In this document: positions 45,312 to 55,098 of the stretch, piece after piece
Numbering within the stretch: the stretch's first letter is position 1
Layout: every line of letters starts with the position of its first letter
DNA from: a virus
IMG/VR virus record: IMGVR_UViG_3300020182_001907
DNA: 64,000 bases
Reading direction: 5' to 3' (one strand)
Notes under the pieces: model-generated
What the model was told of the DNA's origin: nothing
The model's input: only the letters and a program-made list of their open reading frames with translations
Database searches by the model: none
Translations under genes and position numbers: made by a program

Positions 45312-45751
45312 AATTTACTCTTCTTCATTGTAACACTAAGACGTACAGAAGTCAACTCTGAAATACTATGCGGCTGTAAAATATTAATCCTATGCCAAGT
45401 TTTTTCAGGTAGCACAACTGAACACACACTTGGGTTAGGTGAGTTCACAGCGTCCCACCACATTGTTGTTACTTCTTTCCCACCTAAGGTTAAAAGGTAA
45501 TTATATTTAAATTCGTTGTCACCAAAATCAATATGTGGTGTCAAAGCTACTTTAATTACTTGGTATCTGACATCTACGTTAAAATCAAAAAACTGTTGTC
45601 CCCATTGTTGCAATTCGTCACTTACAAAATATGTTGCATAGGCATGAGGGATCTTTAACGGATGTAGATTTTGTCTTTGCTCTATATCTTCCAATGGGTC
45701 AATCATGCTTTCAGGTATACTAGGTATATCTGAAAAAGAATAGTATTCCAT
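45302..45751 (-). CDS. Hypothetical protein, cupin/2OG-Fe dioxygenase-like
   Basis: PHID, YNYLL..GG and WHRINI..PHS motifs. Confidence 0.6.
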   Translation of the reverse strand: MEYYSFSDIPSIPESMIDPLEDIEQRQNLHPLKIPHAYATYFVSDELQQWGQQFFDFNVDVRYQVIKVALTPHIDFGDNEFKYNYLLTLGGKEVTTMWWDAVNSPNPSVCSVVLPEKTWHRINILQPHSISELTSVRLSVTMKKSKLPG

Positions 45752-45752
45752 T

Positions 45753-46289
45753 CTATGCCTCCCAACTAATAGTTGGTCTACAGTCACCACTACCATTCCA
45801 ATTTATTGTACAACCACATTCTTCAATAATGGGAATGATTTCCTTGAGATTTTTTACGCCTTGTTTATCTCCATCAAAACAAAAAGATGATTCCTTTGCA
45901 ACTTCTGGAGGCATACAAGCAAAACCATCTACCCTCACATCAGGTTCATAGTCAACTTCAAAGTTGCCACGCAGATAACCTTCACCAGCACAGTAGTCGC
46001 ATTCTAGATACTGCTCTTCATTTTTTGGGTCATCTTCGTAACGATCATTATCAATCATACCTTCACCCTCACACGAAGAACACTCCTCTTCATCCTCATC
46101 ATAGATCTCACAATCCTGACTGTGATTGAATAGCACTTTGCTGAGGTCTAGTTCCTCACCTTTGAATGGCCCTTCTTCATGCTTCCAGGGTAAAGATCCC
46201 CAAGCACAACTTTGACAGCAAGGCATGTTCCACTCGACAAACCAGCCCTCTTCTCTCAACCGCTCTTGTAATTTTCTAAATCCGTTCAT
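45753..46289 (-). CDS. Hypothetical protein (DUF6891-like) with inserted CxxCxGxG zinc finger
   Basis: CCQSCA, FNHSQD, WNGS...PTI; CSSCEGEG and CDYCAGEG. Confidence 0.65.
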   Translation of the reverse strand: MNGFRKLQERLREEGWFVEWNMPCCQSCAWGSLPWKHEEGPFKGEELDLSKVLFNHSQDCEIYDEDEEECSSCEGEGMIDNDRYEDDPKNEEQYLECDYCAGEGYLRGNFEVDYEPDVRVDGFACMPPEVAKESSFCFDGDKQGVKNLKEIIPIIEECGCTINWNGSGDCRPTISWEA

Positions 46290-46301
46290 TATAAATGTCC
46301 A

Positions 46302-46874
46302 TTATTTGTCCCATACTGCGTATTCCCTGTATTTTGATAAACTACGCTCTATGAGTTCTTGATGTTTTACAGCATCAATTTCAAAATGCATGAATAATGT
46401 TTGACGATCTTCTTCAAACTCTACACCATGCATACCGTTTGTGTGTCGTAAAACATACGTATCGGTATCTTCTGCAATCTGTGGATAAAATTTCTCACCA
46501 TTGCTTTTAATCACATATAATTTATTTTGCTTAGATCCTTTTATTAAAACTCTAAATCCACAAGGTTCATTTTCTGTGTTGTTTTGGTGTAACTCTGGAT
46601 TACCATCAGGATTAGTAAAATCCATATGAGGCATCACAGCTGATTGCTGTATGTTAAACTTTACATTGCGTATTGTTTTATACGGTAATAAATACATCCA
46701 TTCTAATATTTCAGAAGAAACACCAATCTTAAACAATGTTTTGTCGTATGGGCTAGGCCTATCTTCTGTTAGCTTTTTGAAATTCCAAAACAACCACTGA
46801 ACCTCTGTGTCTGTTGAAAGTGATTCAACAGGAAATTTAGGAAGATCTACAGGTAAAAACAACAAATCGGTCAT
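46302..46874 (-). CDS. Hypothetical protein, dioxygenase-like
   Basis: PHMD, NEPCGFR and MHGV motifs. Confidence 0.6.
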   Translation of the reverse strand: MTDLLFLPVDLPKFPVESLSTDTEVQWLFWNFKKLTEDRPSPYDKTLFKIGVSSEILEWMYLLPYKTIRNVKFNIQQSAVMPHMDFTNPDGNPELHQNNTENEPCGFRVLIKGSKQNKLYVIKSNGEKFYPQIAEDTDTYVLRHTNGMHGVEFEEDRQTLFMHFEIDAVKHQELIERSLSKYREYAVWDK

Positions 46875-47575
46875 TGTACAGTTAAGTCCTTCTTTTTTTG
46901 CATTGACTTCTTAGTTTTAAAGAGATGTTTAGCAACACCACGTGCCGCTGTTTTAAATGTCTTATCTTGTAGTTCCGCAGAACTGTACAAACTGTTAATA
47001 ATTATATCAGGCTGACTCCATCCATCTTGTTGTAGCCATGCTCTCTCGGCATGCTCAATCATCATTGTCGCAGCTTCGGTTACATCAATTAATGCATCTC
47101 TACCTACATCACTAACACCCACTAATCCTGTTTCAACAAAACCCCAACTAAAATTAATTAGTCTGCACTTATTATTATACGGATATTCAAAACTTCTATT
47201 GATACAGTATTCAGACAGCTCTTTCTTATCGGTAGCATATACATTTCCCGAATGCAACATATCGGTCATGTGGCCCGTGATCGAACCTGTATTAACAATT
47301 ACTTTGTGTTCGTCTTTCCATTTGTTGTGTAACTTTTTACACAACATATTCTGCACACTCGGATGCCAAGCATTGTTAAAAAATACATCAGGATTAAAAT
47401 CAGCAATTTCTTCTAGTAGCATCTTGCCGCCAGCTTCAGCTAAGTTCCAACCGTTGCTTCTACTATAGGATTTTATATCTAATGTACTAGCATTTGCAAT
47501 GCTACCAGTTAGCTCTAAAATATCTAGTATTGCTTGACCTATACCACTTGTATGTCCTGTGATTGCTATTTTCAT
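46871..47575 (-). CDS. Short-chain dehydrogenase-like protein
   Basis: ITGHTSGIG, SRSNG, NNA and YATDK motifs. Confidence 0.82.
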   Translation of the reverse strand: MKIAITGHTSGIGQAILDILELTGSIANASTLDIKSYSRSNGWNLAEAGGKMLLEEIADFNPDVFFNNAWHPSVQNMLCKKLHNKWKDEHKVIVNTGSITGHMTDMLHSGNVYATDKKELSEYCINRSFEYPYNNKCRLINFSWGFVETGLVGVSDVGRDALIDVTEAATMMIEHAERAWLQQDGWSQPDIIINSLYSSAELQDKTFKTAARGVAKHLFKTKKSMQKKKDLTVQ

Positions 47576-47579
47576 TTAA

Positions 47580-48224
47580 CTAAACTACCTTAACACGATT
47601 TACCATGGTTTCTTTACCGTCGCTAAATTTACTTATACTTTGGCTTTTAACAAATGCAGTAATACAGATAGGATCGCCTACGTTACCTAAACCATCACCA
47701 AAAAACTTAACAATGTTTTTGCCACTTTCACTACAACAATACAAACTTGAACCAGTATTTTTAATGTAACGAACATTTTCAATTACTAGATCAAAGTTAC
47801 AACGGCTGTTAAGTTTTCCAACAAATTCTGATGTATCTGCTAGTTCCTGCTCACGTGTTAACCAAACATCTTGTTCCTGTTTGTTAAGAAACACTTTGGG
47901 TAGACTTGCTGCGATTCCCAAACTTTTGTTATCTATTTCTTTGCTAGTAACTAACCTTAGGGTATTGGCTTCAAAGTCCGTAAGCTCTCTATCAAATGCT
48001 TTAAAAGTTAGCCCTGTAAGATAGTCAATGACCTGATCAGCCTGTTCTATGTCGCACTCCAATACTTCTATCTTATCATCGCCGTAAAAGTGTTGATATA
48101 ACATACTGCTGTTTGATACTTTGGGTTGATCGTCTTGCGCAAAATAAGTGTCAGCTTTTTTAACAAAGCCGTTCTTTCTATGGGCAGCACATGCAACAGA
48201 TATAACTTCATTTACTGGAAACAT
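47580..48224 (-). CDS. Conserved phage hypothetical protein (C-terminal OB-fold-like)
   Basis: ACAAHRKNG, GIAASLP and ETMVNRVK motifs. Confidence 0.7.
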   Translation of the reverse strand: MFPVNEVISVACAAHRKNGFVKKADTYFAQDDQPKVSNSSMLYQHFYGDDKIEVLECDIEQADQVIDYLTGLTFKAFDRELTDFEANTLRLVTSKEIDNKSLGIAASLPKVFLNKQEQDVWLTREQELADTSEFVGKLNSRCNFDLVIENVRYIKNTGSSLYCCSESGKNIVKFFGDGLGNVGDPICITAFVKSQSISKFSDGKETMVNRVKVV

Positions 48225-48234
48225 TTAGTTTTCC

Positions 48235-48531
48235 TTAAGCTTTTTTGCTGTTGGGTTTAGTATATCCGTCTTTGGGTTTTGCAGTTCTAGCCATCTCGCT
48301 AGGTCCACGTAATATTCTATCTATGCGACCTTTTTCTACCATTGGGTGGTTTTTAATTACTTCTTGTACTGCTTCTAGTTCTTTTCTACGTTCTGGTTTA
48401 CAAAATCTAGATTGCTCGTTGACAACAATTTCAAATAGCTTATATAAATCTGCTATCGACAAACCAGTAACTAACCGGCTAGCTTCTCGCATATAATTTC
48501 GTTGATCTCGATCTTCAATTTTACCACGCAT
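48235..48531 (-). CDS. Hypothetical basic protein
   Basis: GGAG SD; own promoter. Confidence 0.7.
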   Translation of the reverse strand: MRGKIEDRDQRNYMREASRLVTGLSIADLYKLFEIVVNEQSRFCKPERRKELEAVQEVIKNHPMVEKGRIDRILRGPSEMARTAKPKDGYTKPNSKKA

Positions 48532-48604
48532 TTCTCTACTCCATCAATTAAAAAAACGTGCCGCCCATAGCAATAATTAGCAATTTTCGTACGGCACAAA
48601 ACTT

Positions 48605-48632
48605 ATTATAACAGATTTGGCTAAGATGTCAA
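48605..48632 (-). promoter_or_regulatory. Sigma70-type early promoter TTGACA-N16-TATAAT
   Basis: Perfect hexamers with TGT extension. Confidence 0.8.
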
Positions 48633-48649
48633 GTATTAATCATCATTAC

Positions 48650-48916
48650 TTAAACTCCAAATACCTTAAGGTAGTTACCTCCGTAGTATACTACAGAAAC
48701 AATAATAGCTGTAAATATAAAGAAAGAAGGATGCCATCTTTTGACGCCGTCATCATCTTCCCAAAATCCCAGAAAAACAAAGGCAGCTCCACCAAGGTAA
48801 TACAAACTTAAAAGGAACGTGGCTGTTGCAAAAAGCAAAATTGGACTGGTAAAAAACCAAATCACAAATTTGAAAAATGTTACTATTGCTCCGCCTGCAA
48901 GATAAACTATTTCCAC
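48650..48916 (-). CDS. Small hydrophobic membrane protein (early)
   Basis: GTG start; own promoter; 2-3 hydrophobic helices. Confidence 0.65.
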   Translation of the reverse strand: MEIVYLAGGAIVTFFKFVIWFFTSPILLFATATFLLSLYYLGGAAFVFLGFWEDDDGVKRWHPSFFIFTAIIVSVVYYGGNYLKVFGV

Positions 48917-48950
48917 GATATTTTCTACTCTTTATTTAACATACTCGTTT

Positions 48951-48995
48951 ATTATAGCAGGAATACAGTATTTGTCAAGCTGTAAGTTGTTGATT
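48951..48995 (-). promoter_or_regulatory. Sigma70-type early promoter (N16) with IHF box; near-copy of the 15789 promoter
   Basis: -10 at 48951-48956, -35 at 48973-48978, AATCAACAACTTA at 48983-48995. Confidence 0.85.
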
Positions 48996-49012
48996 TTAAA
49001 GGGAGTTTTACG

Positions 49013-49192
49013 CTACCATTTGCCTTGAGGGCATTTAGATTGTGGTATTTTGGTTTTTGCAGGCATCCAGCAATGGCATAATCTACACTGTTGGGTTTTT
49101 TTATAGAATTGAGTACACGAATTACAAGTTTCGAGACGCCTGTGCGACGTCTCAATTAATTGTAAAGCAGCAGCTTTAGCTTCTGAGAACAT
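49013..49192 (-). CDS. Cys-rich small protein (DUF6171-like, 59 aa), not in ORF track
   Basis: RLETCNSC...CRLCHCWMPAK.....CPQGKW; TAATG coupling. Confidence 0.8.
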   Translation of the reverse strand: MFSEAKAAALQLIETSHRRLETCNSCTQFYKKTQQCRLCHCWMPAKTKIPQSKCPQGKW

Positions 49193-49803
49193 TAAGCTTT
49201 AGTGAACATCCAGAAATTACCAAGAGTCCAGTGATATAATGTTGTGCCTTGATTAGCTACTGCACTATCCACTGCTGCCTTAACCCCTGTAGCTCTCCCT
49301 GAAGCAGCCTCGTTATCATTATATTGATGTCCCGCGATAAATTTACCTGAAGCTACTTTTGGTATCCAAGCAGCAAATAAGCTGTCCCATACTGCCTCAC
49401 TTCTGCTTCGATGATCTATATAAATAAAATCAAAATATCCGTCGGCGTAATTACTTGCCGAAGAAACCATATCGCCTTCTATAATACTTAAAGTTGGAGC
49501 AGTGGGCTCAGAAAGGGCAATACCATTCACCGTAGCTATCACTAATTCTTTTGTTAAGGTAACTAAATTTTGATCAGTTAGTGACATATTTTTAATTCTA
49601 CCATCAGCATCAAATACCCAGTCATCAATACCAACACCAGTGACTGGAGAAACAGCGTTGGCCTTGTAACTATAATAAAATAACTCTTGACCATTGCCTA
49701 CCCCTATATTGCATATGTTTGTAATGCTGCCAAGCGCCATAGCTTTTTCCATTGGTGCATAAAAAGGTGGCCATGAAATGTCTGTAATTGTTGTTGTTGC
49801 CAT
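49192..49803 (-). CDS. Class I SAM-dependent methyltransferase (Methyltransf_24-like)
   Basis: IGVGNG, GIDDW, DFIYID, AGHQY and GVKAAVD motifs. Confidence 0.75.
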   Translation of the reverse strand: MATTTITDISWPPFYAPMEKAMALGSITNICNIGVGNGQELFYYSYKANAVSPVTGVGIDDWVFDADGRIKNMSLTDQNLVTLTKELVIATVNGIALSEPTAPTLSIIEGDMVSSASNYADGYFDFIYIDHRSRSEAVWDSLFAAWIPKVASGKFIAGHQYNDNEAASGRATGVKAAVDSAVANQGTTLYHWTLGNFWMFTKA

Positions 49804-49823
49804 GTGTAACTCCTGTTATGTTA

Positions 49824-52247
49824 TTATATTATCCAATTATAGTATACTGACGCTGTTACTTGCCCAGCTGTTGGTACTGCTTCTGTAGTGCCGTTACTTT
49901 CGTAAAAGTATAACACTATGTTCTGTCCTTTAGTTAATGTAGTTAATTGATCTTGTTCTATCAAGTAAACACCAGTTTGCGCTATATCAGTATCATTTGC
50001 TGCAACTAATGTATTTCCTGTACCGTTGTTATCTTTAATTATCAATTGATTAACGCTTCCGCCACTAAAACCGGTTTCTACAGTAACAACTACTTTTGTT
50101 GCATAGTATGTTCTAGCTGTAACACTTGGTGCCAAGCCCAAACTAATATTACTTTCTACGCTGTCTGCTGTGAATACGTTACGTAGCAATAATCCGTCAC
50201 CAGCATTGTTGCCAATATAGTCAATAATTGCTGCTGTTGTTGGTACACTAGTATCGTTATCATTGCCTGTAATTCCGTCTGCTTCTGTAATAAACTGATT
50301 AATGCTGTCTGTACCATCTGATAATGTAGCAAATTGTGTTGTACCAGTAACAGTAACGTTTCCTGTAGATATACTATCATCTAACGAAATAATAACTACG
50401 TTACCGCCTGTGCCATCACTAATGCTTGTAGTGATGTTATCACCACCCAATAAACGAAGCTCTTCGTTGAATACATTAACCAAACCGTCTGAATCTGTAT
50501 CAGTAACTAAAGAAATATTAGCGCCATCTCTCGTAGCACCAATTTGACTATCTACATATGCTTTAATACTTTGTTGTGTTGCAAGTACTGTATCACTATC
50601 GCTTGACATAGTATCTTCATCTAGAATATCTGTTACACTTACTGCGCCAGTGCCGCTTAGATTATCAAATTCTACACCACCAAAATCACCTGTACCAACT
50701 ACTGCTAAGTTCTCATCAGTATAAACATTACCGCTTAGTTCCCAGCGTGAACTACCTGGCACATAAAGTACACTTTCTATAACACCAGCAATGTTTGCTT
50801 CTAAACCTGCACTTACTGCGGCACCATCTGAATTAACACGGATGACAGCATCTGCAATATCTACTTCAGTACTATTAACTACAGTAGTTGTGCCGTTAAC
50901 CGTTAAATTACCTGTAACGGTGGCGTCACCATCTATGCTAATTGCTGTTGATGTTATATCGTTAGATAACAAAGTACCAATAACAGTAAGATTGTTGTTA
51001 ATTGAAACATCATTAGGCAAACCAATCTGTAGTGTTTGGTTTGTCATGTTAGTTTCGATTTCGTTATTAGTGCCAATTATGCTTAATTCTTCATTAGCAT
51101 ACCAATTAACAGTACCCTGTCCAGTACCACCGTTTATGATTATTTCGTCTACTTTGAGAATTTCAGTATCAACGTATGTTTTAACACTCTGCTGAGTTGG
51201 GATAGCGTTAGCAAGATCGCTAACCATAGTATCTTCGTCTTTGATACTGGTAATGCTTAGTACACCGTCTGTTAATGTACCAAAGCTTAGAATGGCAGTA
51301 TTAAGAGTGCCTGTTGCTGAGGTAAAACTAATGTTTGCAGAGTCTTCAGTTAGTAAACCACCTGTGCCTACAATAGGGACACTATCTGCTGTTAAACTAG
51401 TTGTAAAATCAGTTGTTACTGTAAGACTTCCTGGTGCTACTACATCAGCAGGAAGACTTGCCGTAAATGTTTGAACACCGTCAAAATCTACAGATATTTG
51501 GTTTGTGGTTCCATTAAAAGTAAAGACCTCAGAACTAAAGATAACAGTACCATTGCCAGTATCACCAGCAACTGTCATTGCCAAGCCACCGGATGTTAAT
51601 TCAGTATCAATGTATGTTTTAATACTTTCTGAAGTTGCTAAAGTAGTAGCACTTGCATTAGCCATTGTGTCATCGTCTAAAATGTCAGTGATAGTAACTG
51701 CACCAGTACCACTTAAACTATTAAATTCAACAACATTTAAATTTGCATTTCCTAAATAAGTACCAGTTGTTAATGTAATATTATCCCCGGCAACCTCTAA
51801 ATTACCAAATACCTTGGGGTCTTCTGTTAATGCAATACGAACAGTGTTTGTGCCTTCCCAACTAGTAATAATGTTATTTGCATTACCAGTGAGTTCAAAT
51901 GTTTCTGATGCAAAAATAATAGATCCACTACTTGGACTACCAGAGTCTGTGGTAACAGAAAGTCCACCATTATTAGTAACTTGATCGATATATGCTTTTG
52001 TACTTTCTGATGTTGCTAATCCAGTAGCACTTACATTACCAAAATCATCCTGGTCTAAAATTTCTACAATTGATGTTGATGTACCTAACGTAATCCCTGA
52101 TACTACAATTTCTTCTAGTGTGTTGCCATCGTTTGCAAAAAAACTAAACAATCCAGAGCCAGCATTGTATACTAATCTGCCTCCGTTTTTGCCTAGTTGT
52201 AGATCCGAGCCTACACCCGACAATCCAAATTGTTTAATTATTGCCAT
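49824..52247 (-). CDS. Virion structural / fibre protein with five internal repeats
   Basis: Repeated ILDEDTM...LATxxSIKxYID units; G/T/S/N-rich. Confidence 0.8.
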   Translation of the reverse strand: MAIIKQFGLSGVGSDLQLGKNGGRLVYNAGSGLFSFFANDGNTLEEIVVSGITLGTSTSIVEILDQDDFGNVSATGLATSESTKAYIDQVTNNGGLSVTTDSGSPSSGSIIFASETFELTGNANNIITSWEGTNTVRIALTEDPKVFGNLEVAGDNITLTTGTYLGNANLNVVEFNSLSGTGAVTITDILDDDTMANASATTLATSESIKTYIDTELTSGGLAMTVAGDTGNGTVIFSSEVFTFNGTTNQISVDFDGVQTFTASLPADVVAPGSLTVTTDFTTSLTADSVPIVGTGGLLTEDSANISFTSATGTLNTAILSFGTLTDGVLSITSIKDEDTMVSDLANAIPTQQSVKTYVDTEILKVDEIIINGGTGQGTVNWYANEELSIIGTNNEIETNMTNQTLQIGLPNDVSINNNLTVIGTLLSNDITSTAISIDGDATVTGNLTVNGTTTVVNSTEVDIADAVIRVNSDGAAVSAGLEANIAGVIESVLYVPGSSRWELSGNVYTDENLAVVGTGDFGGVEFDNLSGTGAVSVTDILDEDTMSSDSDTVLATQQSIKAYVDSQIGATRDGANISLVTDTDSDGLVNVFNEELRLLGGDNITTSISDGTGGNVVIISLDDSISTGNVTVTGTTQFATLSDGTDSINQFITEADGITGNDNDTSVPTTAAIIDYIGNNAGDGLLLRNVFTADSVESNISLGLAPSVTARTYYATKVVVTVETGFSGGSVNQLIIKDNNGTGNTLVAANDTDIAQTGVYLIEQDQLTTLTKGQNIVLYFYESNGTTEAVPTAGQVTASVYYNWII

Positions 52248-52273
52248 TTAATACTCCTATGCTCCTATATGCT

Positions 52274-52283
52274 TATTTATCAC
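52274..52283 (-). promoter_or_regulatory. Late promoter element GTGATAAATA
   Basis: Identical decamer at 55079-55088 and 58708-58717, upstream of structural genes. Confidence 0.65.
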
Positions 52284-54274
52284 AAATACGTTATTTTAAC
52301 CGTAACATCTCCTGCAGTTGCATTGAAATGAGTAAGTTTTGCTTGTAGTAATAGTTCCACAACAGCTGGACTTGGGTGTACATACTCAGGTAAACTAATA
52401 TATTCTTCAGCTGTTTCTAAGTTGGATTCGCTTGCTCCCATAAGCAAGTCAGTAGCTGCCAAGGTGCCTATTTCAATTACCGGAGTATCAGTACCGCCTG
52501 ACAACGGTGTAATTATGTCAATACTTACCGTGGTGATCTTTCTTCCAGGTGAAACAGTTCCAATATTTTGAACGTTTATATTGCCAGTAAATGGTCCTGT
52601 AAATGTTGTTGTGATAGTTCTTGCATCCACAGTGCTACTGTCTTGTGTTGCTATTTGAGTCCAGCCTCCGCCATTCCATAAGTACAGTACCCATTCACCA
52701 AAACCGCCGTCAAGAACGTATGCTTGATCCCCAACCTGAGCATTTAAACTGTCTCTTTCTGTAATATCTGCTACTACAGTTGTACCTGCTTTTCTAATAC
52801 CTTGTTCTATAGTCATTGCCAGCGGCAATGAACCATTTTGTCCACTAAACACACCTGTTGCAGTTTGAAATGCTTCAGATGCTTCATAAATTAATACTTC
52901 GCCGCCGTCATCTCTGGTTAAAACTATTAAGTTTTGATTAAGACCAGTAGTTGTTGCTGATAATCCTGAAACATTACTGCTGCCTACAAAAGGATTAGTA
53001 TTTGCATCCGGATCACCATTCACAATAGTTATTGATCCTCCAGTAGATTCTGTTAGTGTTAGTACAGTAGGAGTTGCACTTGCAGTTAAGTTTACAATAC
53101 CTGAGTTATTAATATCAATTGCCATATCCTGAGGGGTTGCAATACCAGGGTATATAGACCCTGATGTAGTGAAGTTTACAAGTGTGCTATTAATTGTTGC
53201 ACTAAACGGAGTATATCCACCTACTAATCCATATGCTGTTCCAACACTATTGCTAGATATCTTAGTAGGATTATTAACAGAACTTGCTAATACTTTTGTA
53301 GTCGCAGTCGCAGTATTGATATCATCTATCATATCAGTTAAGGTTTCTGTGCCACCTGCCCCAGTAAAAGTAATAGTCTCACCATTTAATACAATTGTAC
53401 TATCTGAAGATATAGTAGGATCTGGAACTGTTCCTGTTAACACTGTAGGGTTAGGACCACTTAAATTTAAAAATATTGCTTTGCCTGCTAATTGCTCAAC
53501 GTTAGTTAAAGTACCGTTAGTATCATTAACATATATTCTTTCGCCTTGCAATCCAGGAATTGCAGGATCAACATCTAGTATGGGATTATTAGGAGCAATA
53601 ATAAAGTAATTATCGCCTGGGCCTGCATCTGTAACATAACCTACGACATTTATTGCGGTGTCAGCATTGGATTTAACAAAACCGTTTGTTGTAACACTAA
53701 CAACATCTCCTACAGAGAATCCGTGATTATCTTGTTCTAATACATAATTTTTTTGAGGGTTTAAATAAGCAAATCTACTAGTAACAGTAGGAAAAAAATC
53801 AATGCCTACAGAACTAGGAAGTGGATCCAACATTGGCTGGCCTAATTCGTTGAGTGTGAACACAACAGCAGACCCTGTGTTAAATATTCCGTTTCCTGTA
53901 GGGCTTTTAAATGTATTATATCTTAACCAATCTTCTACAATACAGGTTACTGAAGACTTAGTTTTTGATTCCACTGAAATAATCTTTAATGCTTGTCCTG
54001 AAGATGCACTAGCAACCCAATCATTGACACGAACATCTAATCCATTGTAGGCAAAATCATCTCTGGTTAAATTAGACCCATGAGTTACAGCGGTAACAGC
54101 AAATGTTATTTTCCATCTGTAGTTTCTAGGAGAGGGGGAACCAGAATACCATGGATCAGTAGGCGAGTTCTGAAAAGGCCATACTTCTAAACCTTCAATT
54201 AATGATACGCTTACAGGTAATACTTTACTGGGAACATTAAGTTTAATTTGATTTGTTGTATATGTATGGGTCAT
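52280..54274 (-). CDS. Virion structural protein (baseplate/tail associated)
   Basis: Beta-rich composition; VADITERDSL..GDQAYV..WVLY.W fibre motif. Confidence 0.75.
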   Translation of the reverse strand: MTHTYTTNQIKLNVPSKVLPVSVSLIEGLEVWPFQNSPTDPWYSGSPSPRNYRWKITFAVTAVTHGSNLTRDDFAYNGLDVRVNDWVASASSGQALKIISVESKTKSSVTCIVEDWLRYNTFKSPTGNGIFNTGSAVVFTLNELGQPMLDPLPSSVGIDFFPTVTSRFAYLNPQKNYVLEQDNHGFSVGDVVSVTTNGFVKSNADTAINVVGYVTDAGPGDNYFIIAPNNPILDVDPAIPGLQGERIYVNDTNGTLTNVEQLAGKAIFLNLSGPNPTVLTGTVPDPTISSDSTIVLNGETITFTGAGGTETLTDMIDDINTATATTKVLASSVNNPTKISSNSVGTAYGLVGGYTPFSATINSTLVNFTTSGSIYPGIATPQDMAIDINNSGIVNLTASATPTVLTLTESTGGSITIVNGDPDANTNPFVGSSNVSGLSATTTGLNQNLIVLTRDDGGEVLIYEASEAFQTATGVFSGQNGSLPLAMTIEQGIRKAGTTVVADITERDSLNAQVGDQAYVLDGGFGEWVLYLWNGGGWTQIATQDSSTVDARTITTTFTGPFTGNINVQNIGTVSPGRKITTVSIDIITPLSGGTDTPVIEIGTLAATDLLMGASESNLETAEEYISLPEYVHPSPAVVELLLQAKLTHFNATAGDVTVKITYL

Positions 54275-54281
54275 ATTTTAT

Positions 54282-55052
54282 CTATCCTGCTAGTACAAAC
54301 TGTATCCAAGCGTGAGTAACTGTGCCGAAGCCACCCCTACTTGCAGCAGTTTCTGCTTCTCTTAGTCTCAGTTGTACTTCAACAGTGTCTGCACCGTCAA
54401 ACAGTGTAGGGGAACCTGATGTTCCTCCTGCTAACACAGTTCTTTTGGTCATAGTTGATTCTAACGGCGATATTACATAATTATTATTAGTATAATCATA
54501 TCCATACATAATCACACTAAGTGGTGGATAATTATAAATGCCACTATCAAAAGTAATAGTGACTTCTCCGCCAGTTGCGCTATCTATATTTGTTGAACCA
54601 ATACCTATAGTAGCATCTGTGATCGAACTTAATGTACCGTCGCTACTATAATTTAATTTAAATCTTTCAACAGCAGCTACGCCACCACCACCACTTGTAC
54701 TATTAGTTGATATTGCCGTTATTTGGCCATCTGCATTAACAGTAAGTTGAGGTATATTGTTCGCATCTCCGTATGTGCCAGGAGTTACCCCGGTTGATCC
54801 AGTTAAGAAAGTTGTAGTATCAGTTGGTCTAAATGTAAATACACCAGTGCTTGCGCTGTAACTTAAACTACCGCCTGCACTTGCTGCACCTGTAGAAACA
54901 GAAAAACTTGTGAGGTCAACATTGCTTCCACCACCACCACCACTACTTCCTGATCCCTGTGCGACCCAACTTACTCCGTCCCAAGTCCAGGTTACACTTC
55001 CTACAGCATATGTTTCATTTACAACTGGGTTGTTTGGAAAATTAATTGCCAT
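54282..55052 (-). CDS. Tail fibre-like structural protein
   Basis: MAINFP..P....WTWDGVSW, GVFTF.P and GVTPGTYG..IPQLTVNADGQI motifs. Confidence 0.8.
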   Translation of the reverse strand: MAINFPNNPVVNETYAVGSVTWTWDGVSWVAQGSGSSGGGGGSNVDLTSFSVSTGAASAGGSLSYSASTGVFTFRPTDTTTFLTGSTGVTPGTYGDANNIPQLTVNADGQITAISTNSTSGGGGVAAVERFKLNYSSDGTLSSITDATIGIGSTNIDSATGGEVTITFDSGIYNYPPLSVIMYGYDYTNNNYVISPLESTMTKRTVLAGGTSGSPTLFDGADTVEVQLRLREAETAASRGGFGTVTHAWIQFVLAG

Positions 55053-55078
55053 GATTAAATCCTAAATACGTTTTATTG

Positions 55079-55088
55079 TATTTATCAC
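55079..55088 (-). promoter_or_regulatory. Late promoter element GTGATAAATA
   Basis: Repeated decamer. Confidence 0.65.
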
Positions 55089-55098
55089 TTTGGGATGA

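Noticed and set aside
49122-49164. GAGACG/CGTCTC hairpin as a stand-alone ncRNA
   Set aside because: Lies inside the Cys-rich ORF 49013-49192; no independent support
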